Shown here: positions 24,974-36,416 of the stretch, piece by piece | Position numbering within the stretch: position 1 is the stretch's first letter | Layout of the letters: each line of letters begins with the position of its first letter | Origin: Eledone cirrhosa | Taxonomy: Eukaryota | Assembly: GCA_964016885.1 (NCBI GenBank) | Contig: OZ024741.1 | Span: 35,836,001-35,900,000 of the forward strand | Direction of reading: 5' to 3' | DNA length: 64,000 bases | Notes under the pieces: generated by a model | Told to the model about the DNA's origin: nothing | The model's input: the letters and a program-made list of their open reading frames with translations, nothing else | Database searches by the model: none | Position numbers and translations under genes: made by a program

Positions 24974-26124
24974 ATATATATATATGTATATGTGTGTATG
25001 TATTCTAATATAAATGTGTTGTTCAGCTGATAAGTCTATTAACCAAAAACTCCAGTTTGATAGTGACTGACTGATAACTGGTGGCAGCTCAGATGTGAAA
25101 CACAGACAGAATTATCTTTGGGTGGGGTGTGGGGTGGTGAGGTATGTTGAAAAGGAAGAGATATGATTCAACAGTGATTCTAGGGAATATACAAAGATTA
25201 TAATAGATCTTTTATGTGAGGAGGGAGATAAAATCCCCATCCCATCAACAAACTCTGGTTATCATATTCTTTCTCTTCTCATAGTCACACTCTTTCTCAT
25301 TTTTCCCTCATTTACTTAATCTCGTCATTAGACTGTGGCCATGCTGGGACACTGCCTTCAAAGGACTTAGTCAATCATATCGACCACTGTGTTTATTTTT
25401 TTAAAGTCTGATCTATCTTTTTGTATCGAACTACAATGTTACATGGCATAAATAAACACACAGATATATATATTCTTGGTATTTTTTAAAATATAAGAGT
25501 AAGTGAGACAAGTTTTCAATGAGTACATAATATATATTAGTAGAGAATATATATTTCATTAACATTACTTAACACTTATATAATGTGGATTGGCAATATG
25601 AGTAGAGCGTCAGACAACATGCTTCGTGCCATAGAGTTATGGCTCTTTACGTTCTGAGTTCGAATCCCGCTGAGGTTAGCTTTGCCTTTCATTGTTATAG
25701 GGTTGATAAAATAAAGCACTAATTTAGCACTGGGGTTGATTTAATCGACTTTCCCCTCCCTCAAATCAGAAACCATTATTTAACCCTTATATAATATTAA
25801 TAAGGTAAACAAACATGTACAAAGCTTGAACTTACAAACTTATGAAATGCTGGGGGAATAAATTTATAGATGTAGGATGCTCAAGTATAGAAAATGACTG
25901 CAAATATAGTCAGTGGCTATAAAATTATCTTATAAAATAGGGTAAAGACCCTTAGAGATGGAAAAAGAAGTAGTGACCGAGACAAGGTTTGATCCTCCGC
26001 AGTGGATGTATTTGCAGTTATTTTCTGCAGTTGAGCATCCTACATCATCCAATATATATATATATATCATCATTTAATATGTTTTCCTTGGGCAATAAAT
26101 TATTTTATATATATATATATATGG

Positions 26125-26460
26125 AGGCACATGGCTTAGAGGTTAGAGCATTGGCCTTGCAATTGAAAGGTTGTGAGTTCAATTCTCAGACCGGGTGATG
26201 TGTTGTTTCCTTGAGTAAGACATTTTATTTCACATTGCTCCAGCTGTAGAAATGAGATGATAGGGTCTGAGGTCCATATCATTCCACTGCAAAGTGGTTG
26301 TGGAGGTGCCACGTCAAAAAAGCACCCAGCACTCACTGTAAATGAGGTTGGTGTTAGGAAGGGCATCCAGCTGTAGAAATCAAGCCAGAATCAGTTCCCG
26401 TCCCACCCTTGCAAGCAGGGAAAAAGCGGATGTAAAATGAATGAATGAAAATGAATGAAT
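26125..26460 (+). mobile_element. Second copy of the tRNA-SINE with RTE tail
   Basis: Near-identical to 22293-22620 by eye. Confidence 0.85.
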
Positions 26461-27291
26461 ATATATATATATATATATGTATGATAGGCTTCTGCACAGT
26501 TCCCACCTTCCAAATTTCACTCATAAGGTATTGGTCAACCCTAGGCTCTAGTAGGAGACACATTTCCAAGGTACCACGCAGTGAGACTGAACCCAAAACC
26601 ATATGGTTGTGAGTGAACTCCTTAATCACACATCCATACCACACACTCCTCCTCTCTCTCTCTCTCGGTACCAAACCACCTGAAACTGCATCTGGTTCTA
26701 TGATACAAAACTGTTCTAAACTGTTTATATTTATCTTAGAGCTTTCTGTCATAATTTTATGTAAGAACCTTTGTTGAATTATGTTCCAATATTCACCTCC
26801 AAAGGGAAAATATCTTAGCACCTCATTTTAGCATAGATTTTTTTTTGTCACATATTTCTTGGCTTATATATGAGTATATAGGTTAACTAGTGTACCTGTG
26901 ATACTAAAAGTAGACACTTCCCATAGTTAATATAGGCTACCTATATCATACCTGTCATAGTTAAATAGCAATGTAACAATATTATTGAACTGAATAGAAA
27001 ATATGGAATTTGAACCTGCATGACAACTTCAAATTTTGGTTTTTACAAATACTTTAACCCTTTCATTACCATATTTCTAATGAATGACACTGCCTTTGGT
27101 TTTAAATCATTTTGAAAATCAACAATTAGTAATGCAACTTACATTCTCATTATTAAGTTGGTGTTTGGAACATAACTTTACAAAAGTTCTTACATAACAT
27201 TATGATGAACAATTTTCAGATGAAAATAGATACTTCAAAATAAGCAACTGCGTATCACTGAAGCAGTCATAGATGTAGGTGGTTTTATATA

Positions 27292-27541
27292 TCTCCTTAT
27301 AATATATAACCACCAATTTCTGTCTGTCTGTCTGTCCGACAGTGGAAACACGTGCGCGCGTGCGAATGTTTTTTGCGCACGCGTAGAGAGAGAGTGAAAG
27401 AAAGAGACAGACTACAAGAGGGGGATAGCGGGAGGGAGAGAGGGGGGAATTGAGGAGTGCTACAGAAACATATATACATTTCTGTGTGTGTGTAATATAT
27501 ATATATATACACACAGAAATATATATACATTTCTGTGTGTG

Positions 27542-27596
<55 letters not shown>

Positions 27597-27676
27597 GAAA
27601 TATATACATTTCTGTGTGTGTAATATATATATATATATATACACACACAGAAATATATATATATTTCTGTGTGTGA

Positions 27677-27711
<35 letters not shown>

Positions 27712-27727
27712 GAAATATATATATATT

Positions 27728-27758
<31 letters not shown>

Positions 27759-29062
27759 TACACACACAGAAATGTATATATTTCTGTGTGTGTATATATA
27801 TATATATTACACACACAGAAATGTATATATATACACACAGAAATATATATACATCCCTTAGCTACGGTACTGTATCTGTTGCTATCTCTCTCTCTCCAGC
27901 TCTCCCTCTCTTTTAGTCTGTCTGTTTCTCTCACTCTCACTCTTTCTCTTTGTTACTCACTAACATTCCTCCCCTCTATCGCTGTGACAAATGGGGAGAT
28001 GGAGGAGGAGGAGGAGGAGCGAGTCACTTTGTCACTTCACCTCTGCCTTTCTTTCTCTCTCCTCTCACTCCCTCATTACGTACAGACAGTAGGGCTGTGG
28101 ATTGGCAGAATCTGTAGAGAGTCGGACACCATGCTTCATAGCATGGAGTTACGTCCCTTTACGGTCTGAGTTCAAATACCGCCGAGGTTAACTTTGCCTT
28201 TCATCCTCACGGGGTCGATAAAATAAAGTACCATTAATGTCCTGGGTAATTGCTGGCCTTGTGCCAAAAGTAGAAACAATTATTAGAAACATTGCTTCAT
28301 TTTTACATATCTAAGCATTAGTAAAATAACTAATAATTTCAAAAGTAATTTTTCAATTCCAATTGTTATGAACAGCAAAACATTAATAATAATTTTGTTC
28401 TAAGAAATATATATACATTTCTGTGTGTGTAATATATATATATACACACACACAGAAATATATATATATACACACAGAAATATATATACATTTCTGTGTG
28501 TGTAATATATATATATATACACACACACAGAAATATATGGGCATTTCTCTGTTTGTCTGTCTGTCCGTCCCTAAAACTCAAATGTAGGTGCTACAGAAAT
28601 ATTACCTTCCCCTTCCTTTCTCCACTTTGGTACTACCAAGAGAAACACTGTCGCTATAGAAACATTACCTTCCCCTCTCCACTGACTTTGGTCACTGAGG
28701 CCGAGGGAATCGCTGGTTGCTATAGAGGCACCTTGCACGAGCCAGAAGTAACCAGTTCGAGGCGCTTCTGACCTGACACCATGCCAAGGACCATTTGAAG
28801 AAGGTTGCCATTGAATTTGTGGTTTGAAGAAGGTTGCCATTGAATTTGTAGTTGTTGCTGCTGATAATAAGGACCATTTGAAGAAGGTTGCTGCTGATGA
28901 GGTAATTTATTAATCAGATTGCGCAGTTCCATAACCTGTCTGGAGCTGCGGGATTTGATTAATACGTTTGATTTGTTCAATTTCTCATCCAAATCTCAAC
29001 AATATCAGTATATACACTAGATTTGCTAGCAGAAAACCGCCCACCGAGTGGTTTTCTGCTAG
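27292..29062 (+). mobile_element. Non-autonomous Helitron-like element with nested SINE and palindromic minisatellite
   Basis: A|TC start followed by (CTGT)n; ends CTAG|T after an inverted repeat; no TSD. Confidence 0.65.
28095..28285 (+). mobile_element. Nin/Deu-core tRNA SINE
   Basis: TGGCAGAATCTGTAGAG, GAGTTCAAATACC, GCCTTTCATCCTCACGGGGTCGATAAAATAAAGTACC. Confidence 0.75.
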
Positions 29063-29228
29063 TCTATATGGTTAATATATATATGGTCTGTCTGTAGTCT
29101 TGGTTTTACAAAAATACATGCATGGAAAAGCAGATGTAAAAGAACGGTGATTATGCCAATTGGTCCCGGAAAATTCCAAAAGAAATTTAAAAATAATTTT
29201 AACCAACAGGTATTCTTAACAGCAATCC

Positions 29229-29313
<85 letters not shown>

Positions 29314-29323
29314 GTGTGTGTCT

Positions 29324-29363
<40 letters not shown>

Positions 29364-29365
29364 GA
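29229..29365. repeat. Compound (GA)n(GT)n microsatellite
   Basis: Direct reading. Confidence 0.95.
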
Positions 29366-32300
29366 TATAGCCCCAAACTTAAATATACTGTTTACCTTTC
29401 TTTGTAGATAAAACAGGGAAAAAGTAAGAAAAGATTAATAAATTTCTAACTATAGACATTTGTAGAAATAATTTGCAACAGTTCAAGGCAGCATAGCCAC
29501 AGAAACTTAAGTAAGTTGTTGCTGTCCTCCCTCACAACATAGTATAGTCAAAGAAATGTAAGCAATTGCCACCCTCCCTCGCAACACAGCATTGCCACAG
29601 AAATCTAACAGTTGCCACCCGCCCTCACAATACAGCAGTAGCCCTCTCCTCTGTTCTGCCCAACACACACACACACAGAAAGTCCTGCTTGTAAAAGTCC
29701 TGCTTGTAAAACTTGAAATGACTGAAACAAACCTGAAATGTTTCCAGATTATCAGATAAAGTATAGAAGGAAGAGTAGAAGTATGTTTCACAGATATTCC
29801 AACACAAGGTACATATTTTAGTCCCAGGTCAGCTTCATTTGAACATACCTATGATCAAAGACATTCCAGCAGCAACTAATAACTCCCCTCACCCTGACAT
29901 CCAGTCTTCTTTTCTCACATAGTGTATCTAGCACTGCCTTATCCAATATATCTTTTTTTTATTTTATGATAAGGTGCCTCAAATCATACTCATTGTGGAA
30001 AGATGTTTGAGTGATGGAAATGAATGAGAAAAGTAGAAGAAAGGAAGAACAAGAAAAACATGGCTAAAGATGATGGAGGAGGAAATGAGAACCAGAGGTT
30101 GGTGATGGGGGGTACAAAGGAGAGGAAAGAAAGGAAAAACTTGTTACGGTGGGGTGGGGGACTCAACCACACACCACCCAAAAGGCTAACCCCTTCTTTA
30201 ACAGGGAAAATATCCTTAAATTACTTGTTATATAGGATGTGATATAATAGAAATTTGGCTGCTATTTCTAGTAAGCTGATTGCTATATAGCAGCTCTGTT
30301 GTTGGTTGGTTTGTTCACTGGATTGTAGGTAATGATGAAAAAAAAGAAGTAATCTACATTACAAACTAGCAGAGACAGTATACAGCACGGTAGAGAGACA
30401 AGGGCAGTGAATACAGAGGATATGTGAATGATGGAGAGAAACAAATTGAGCATGCTCCATTGGATGTATAAGTTAGTGTGTATAGTACAGTATGTTGAAG
30501 TGTACTGTACAATATATTGCTCAATACAAGGCAGTATATTGTACAATCTACAACAGAAGTGGTATAAGCAGTGAATCAATTAGAGGGCGGTGTGAGTGTT
30601 GGTTAACAATGTACATATGTGACATATTGTAGAGAACATAGGGAAAAGTAAGGCTGGGTAGTTAGTATAATAATGGGGGGGGGGGGATATGAGAAAGAAA
30701 GAATGAAGGGAGAATGAAAGAAAAAAAGGGAGAGAAGGAAGAGAAAGAAACAAAAAAAAAGAGAAAGACAAAAAAAGAAAAGAGAAAGAAACAAGAAAAA
30801 AGAAAGGAAAACAGAGAAATGAGCATTCATTTTCTTCTGTGATATAAAATACACTGGAGAGACATGAAAGGAAAAACAAAAGCAAAATAAAAAAAGGAAT
30901 AAGAGAAAATGTTTTCTCAGGCATCAAAGAATGGTTTCTAAGCATGTCCTTCCCTGGTGGCACAAAAGCTCTATTGAAGTGTTATAGTGATATTGAACAG
31001 AAACCAACCAGCTTAAAGTTTCTCCCCAGACTCTAGAGCTGTCTGTGACATGGAAATAGATCAGCAGAATCTACAGAACTGAAGATATCTTTCTTCAATA
31101 ACGGTTGCCTTAGTACCAGACATAGAATTTCTATGAGTAACCACATCATGAATAAAAACATCATGGGCAGGGGCAGCGCCAGGCTGGGTAATCTACAGAA
31201 TACCATCACCATAAGACAGTGGAATATATTTGGCTATGTGCTACACATGCTCATGAGAGAGAGAGATCTGTGAGAACCTGGCACAAATGGAAGGTAGAAG
31301 TGTCTGACATGGGCCTAACCTGGCATCTGGCCCATGACAGGGCATGGAACTATGTGGGATGACAATCTCTATAGGGACCCTAAAGAAGAAGGCAATACAG
31401 TTAAAATGTAATAATTGTGGACACAACAGGACTGCATGGCTAAGAAGTTCACTTCACAATCATTAGGTCCCAGGTTCAACCCCACTGGATATGTTATTTT
31501 ACATAGTTTCAAGTTAACCCCAAACCTTGTGAGTGAAACTTAGTAAGCCTGTTAGATAGATTCTACCTATAATTCAAACAGTCAGCCATGTCATACACAC
31601 ACACTCATGCTAAATCTCCCAGAGAATTATGTTAAGGGCACATGCATCTGTGAAATGCTCAACCACTCATATTATACTACAAGATAGACTGTACTTGTAA
31701 TTCAAAGGATTATCCTTGTCACACACTGTGTCATGCTAAATCTTTCTAAGAATTACATAAAGAGCACACATATCAATGGAATACTCAGCCACTTGCATGT
31801 TCATTTCAGGTGTAGGCTCTTCTGTTGATCAAAAAAACTGCAACACACATTGTTGAAACCAACAGAGCTCCATTCCATCAGAGTAATATTTACAGAAAAA
31901 AGACTACTTATTGGTTCCCTCAGTCTCATGAGGTTATATTTACAGAATATATAATATAGTTGGGTGTGTCGTTAATGCATTCACTTCACAACCACAAGGT
32001 TTGGGGTCCAATCCTGCTGCATATATATATATATATATATATGAGTGTGACCATGTGTGTGTGTGTATGTCTGTTTTATGTCTAGTGGTTTGACAAAAAA
32101 TAGATCAATAAATTAAGTACCAGTAGTGTACCAGGGTCGATATGATGAACTAAATCTCAACTAAGCACGGCCGAGGGCTAATGACTGGAGACAGTAAAAG
32201 TATACAAGAAAACTATCCAATAATGAAAGGGGTCTTTCATCTTTTGAAAGCTTTTGATTTTACTTCTGATAGCAGAGAGAATTTTATTATTCAACATGAT

Positions 32301-33590
32301 ATTTACAAAAAACATGCTATTTACTGGCTTCCCCTCAGTCCATTGTGGTTTTATTTGCAGAATATAATAATAAGATGAGATGTAGGAGGAGAAAACAAAA
32401 CCAAAGGAACATGTTGGTATTGTTTTGTTTCTGAGAGTGGATGAATATCATCATTAGAGTAACTAAGTTCTAATGAGAGAGAGAGAGATGAAGGGTCCAC
32501 TCTGTCAGCTTGTTGACAGTTAAACAATAATGAGCTGGAGCTGCTGCTAATGTTCATTAGCAGTACCTGAATATGTAATGAAAAAATAATGACACCATGA
32601 ATGATATAATTGTATGTATGGCTATATGTGTGTATGTAATTTATATACACACATACATGTGTGTGAGAGAGAGAACATGTTATTCAGTAATTTTGTTAAT
32701 TAGTGGAGGTGGCCCCAATGTGAGTACTCAATGCTATAGCAGAGTGTATAAATGAAGTATCACTTTTAATTGTTATTTTATTGTATATGAACCATTACAT
32801 ATTTATATTCATTTTTTTTTTTTTACTTCCCTTATTCTTGCTTGTATCTTGCAAACCCTAAAAATAATCTTCATCTCGTGACACAAGGGAACCCCACATA
32901 AACTCACACAACAAAACAAAACAAAAATTCTATATCCACTTTTAGCTATTTTCACAAACCCACAGAATAACTTGACCTTTTGACACAAACTTTTGATACG
33001 ATTGAACCCTACCTAAATGTCACACACACACAACAAAAATGCCCTCTGAACCATTATTATGAATAGTAAAAGAATTTTCTATTTCAACCCAGAGAATTTT
33101 CTAGTAAATTCAATTGAATCCTGACCTGTTCAACCCCACTTCCACCTTTACCCTCCCCTCACCTTTATAAAGAACATATATATATAAGAAGAATTTTGAC
33201 AGAAAACTCACATTATGTTCTAACTGGCCACAGAATATGAGAACAAACTTTTTCAATACTTGATAAGATTGATATACCAATTGAAACCATTAATATTTGA
33301 CAAAATTCAAATCCATTAAATGTAGCAATTATAAAAATATTCATTCTGTCGGATTTAAGAAAAAATAGTCTCACCTCTTTCTATTCAAACCGGCCGTATC
33401 TGGCTGCTCATACCTACATTAAGGTATTGTTCTCAAAATAGAAAACATCAAAATCTTGTAGATTCGATATTATGTGAAATAATTATGTAAGATAAACCCT
33501 TTACTATGAAAATACAATAGTATATATAGAATAATGTAAATGTTAATGGGTTAAGTATACCTCTGTACTTTTCTCTTTTACTTTTTACCT

Positions 33591-33621
<31 letters not shown>

Positions 33622-33624
<3 letters not shown>

Positions 33625-34100
33625 TGAAAGGTCGGTTATATGATGCCTGTGTGAGATGCGCGATGCTGCATGGTAGTGAGACATGGGCAGTAACTGTGGA
33701 GGATATGTGACGGCTGGAGAGAAATGAAGCAAGCATGCTCCGATGGATGTACAATGTCAATGTGCGTGAATGACCAAGCATAGATGAGTTGAGAGAGAAA
33801 CTGTGTATAAGAGGGATAAACGGTAGTGTGCAGGAGAGAAGACTGCATTGGTATGGCCATGTGATGAGCATGAAAGATGACCACTGGATGAAGAAGTGCC
33901 AAGAAATCCTGGTGGAAGGAAGACACAGTAGAGGAAGACCATGAAAAACATGGACGCAGGTGGTGAGAGCTGACCTCAGATCGCTGAAACTCATGGAGGA
34001 GATGACAAAGAACCATGATGAATGGAGAGATGCTGTGCTGAAAAGGGCCCATCCCACCCTTGCAAGCAGGGAAAAGTGGATGTTAAATGATGATGATGAT
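33622..34100 (+). mobile_element. Decayed RTE LINE 3' fragment
   Basis: MKGRLYDACVRCAMLHGSETW...WYGHVM with stops; (GAT)n tail. Confidence 0.8.
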
Positions 34101-34464
34101 ATATATACCATTACTAGCAGGGAAAATGGATGTATGATGATGATGACAAAGACAAATGCACACACCAATCAATACCATCCTGGTTGTATGCATTTTATCA
34201 TAGACAATAATTACCTAAATAAAAGAGAGTTTCAATTTACCATAGTATGGGTGCCTTATTATTGTAAACAAGCACTCCCATATAATTAGCAAGAAACAAG
34301 AGATAGGTGCAATTATGGTTGTATACTTGAGGATTTTGTTTCACAACATGGCTCAGATTTAGTCTCACTGCATAGCATTTTGAGTAAGTGTCTTTTACTA
34401 TAAACTCAATCTGACCAATGCCTTGTGAGTGGAATTTGGTAGACAGAAACTGTGCAGAATCCCA

Positions 34465-34498
<34 letters not shown>

Positions 34499-34811
34499 AC
34501 GTACAGAAAATGTACAACAAATTACCCTTCCAGTCATCTTTGTACCAGATTCAAAATTTCAGAGCTACAATGACCAACATTGGTACAATGAAGGGTGGGT
34601 CCAACGAAATTGTAAAAATACAACAGCAGAGCTATTTTAGAAGTGTACTGAGTGAGAGAGGTAAAATAGAAAAAAGCCTCAGCCAGACTCCTCATAGCCA
34701 AGGAACATGCTAAGTAGAAATTCTTCTGGGTGGGTAGCAGCGATGGGGTAAGAAAGCAATAATGTATGAAAGTAAACATATGATGGTAATGATGGCGACG
34801 ATAATTATATA

Positions 34812-35075
34812 TGTAGTGGCTGAGATGGTCGCTTGGTAGCTAGCAGTTGCCTCCCCTTAACAACCCTTCAGGGAAGGGAGGCAAAAATACACCCGGACAC
34901 AGCCACAGGTTCACACACTCTTTTTGGACCACGGACATGAACAGACGTGGAAAGACCCGCTCCTCAAAATATTGACGTTGTAGGAAATTTACTAAATTAT
35001 TGCATTAAATAAAATGATTGTTAGACTTGATTGTGCATTTATTTATTCGACAAAGAGAAACATCACTTTTCTTTA
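34812..35075 (+). repeat. 5' LTR (TG...TA)
   Basis: Matches 40004-40267 except one C/T; contains AATAAA. Confidence 0.95.
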
Positions 35076-35076
35076 T

Positions 35077-35087
35077 TGGCGACCCTG
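35077..35087 (+). promoter_or_regulatory. Primer binding site
   Basis: TGGCGACCCTG 1 nt after the LTR (TGG complementary to tRNA CCA); tRNA identity not assigned. Confidence 0.8.
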
Positions 35088-35254
35088 ATGATAAAGAATG
35101 AAAACGCAGCCTATTGGAGTCCGAAATTCTTTTTAACGGCAATGTGGAATGGCTTAACATTTGGAATGTCGGAATCACTTAGCGTAAGTCCATAAAATTC
35201 ATTATATTCCATTTGTTATAGCACGCATACAGACAAACACAAAAATACAACACA

Positions 35255-35289
<35 letters not shown>

Positions 35290-35611
35290 TTCTCTGGAAA
35301 TAGAATTTTGCTTCCAACATTCTGTGGAAATTACAAATGGAGATATTTCGTTTTCCCGCGTTCAGCCTGTCTTCTCCAATCCCAGCCATCTGATTGGCTG
35401 CATCGTGCCTCATGACGGCTTCATCACGGACACATTTTTAAATCAGCCATCTTGGATTATCTTACCATCAATTTTCATGGAAAATGATTTTTTTTTATTA
35501 TTAAAATTTTCTTTGGAATATTTTTTTTTAAAGAAAAAAATTACCAGCAATCAGCAGCAACACCTGGCTAACTATTGACCAACACCAAAAAGTCATCAAA
35601 TACGTGGCACC

Positions 35612-36397
35612 ATGAGTCAACATCATTTGCCGTCCTTCGCAGGCGACATCAAGTTGTGGTTTGCGCAGCTGGAATGTTTCTTCGAATTGACGAGGACAAA
35701 GGAACAGCATAAGCTGAAGGTCCTGATCAATGGCCTACCTGTTTCCTTGGCATTCTCGGTGAGGGACGTTGTGACGGATTTAGACGCCGACGTTACCTAC
35801 GGCTCATTAAAAAAAGAAATCCTTCGCCGAAATACCAAGTCGGTAGAGAGCCGTTTTCGGGAGTTGTTGGACGATGCTCAAATGGGTGACAGGAAGCCGA
35901 GCTCCTATTTGCGACATTTACGGGAGTTGAGCGACTCCCAGGGGATTGACACCCCCTTCATAAAGCAACTTTTTTTCTCACGCCTACCACCAAGTGCGCA
36001 AAGAATATTGGTCAATAGTTTAGAGAAGGATTCACTGGAGCAACTTGCCGCGTCCGCGGATAGGATACTTGAGGTGGACTCGAACAGCAATCAGCATAAC
36101 CCATATGTGGCTTCAGCTTGCGTCCCTCCACGCAGTTCTTCTGTGGCCGACGGCAAACTGTTGGAGTTGATTGAAGCTCTCACCAAAAAGGTAGAGGATT
36201 TGACGGTACATCAGAGAGAGCCTTCTCAACGTTTGAGGTATCGTTCGCCGCCGTCCTCTATTCATCGCCAGCACTACAACGCAGGCAACAATAATTCTTC
36301 GTTGTGTTGGTACCATGCTAACTTCGGCAGTAGGGCGCAACGTTGTCACACGCCCTGTGATTATAAGAGATTGGGAAACGCCAAGCAGAGCCACTAG
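35612..36397 (+). CDS. gag: Gag
   Basis: 261 aa; LWFAQLE..F, GDRKPS..LR and C-terminal CWYH..FG..A.RC..PC knuckle typical of this Gypsy lineage. Confidence 0.9.
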   Translation: MSQHHLPSFAGDIKLWFAQLECFFELTRTKEQHKLKVLINGLPVSLAFSVRDVVTDLDADVTYGSLKKEILRRNTKSVESRFRELLDDAQMGDRKPSSYLRHLRELSDSQGIDTPFIKQLFFSRLPPSAQRILVNSLEKDSLEQLAASADRILEVDSNSNQHNPYVASACVPPRSSSVADGKLLELIEALTKKVEDLTVHQREPSQRLRYRSPPSSIHRQHYNAGNNNSSLCWYHANFGSRAQRCHTPCDYKRLGNAKQSH

Positions 36398-36416
36398 GAG
36401 CGGCTAGTGAACTCTG
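36373..36416 (+). promoter_or_regulatory. -1 ribosomal frameshift signal
   Basis: In-phase G_GGA_AAC, 6-nt spacer, hairpin CAGAG-c-CACTAG-gagcgg-CTAGTG-aa-CTCTG. Confidence 0.85.

Noticed and set aside
31060-31400. Coding-like stretch
   Set aside because: Resembles a heavily decayed LINE C-terminus (..WNIFGYVLHM); too degraded to annotate
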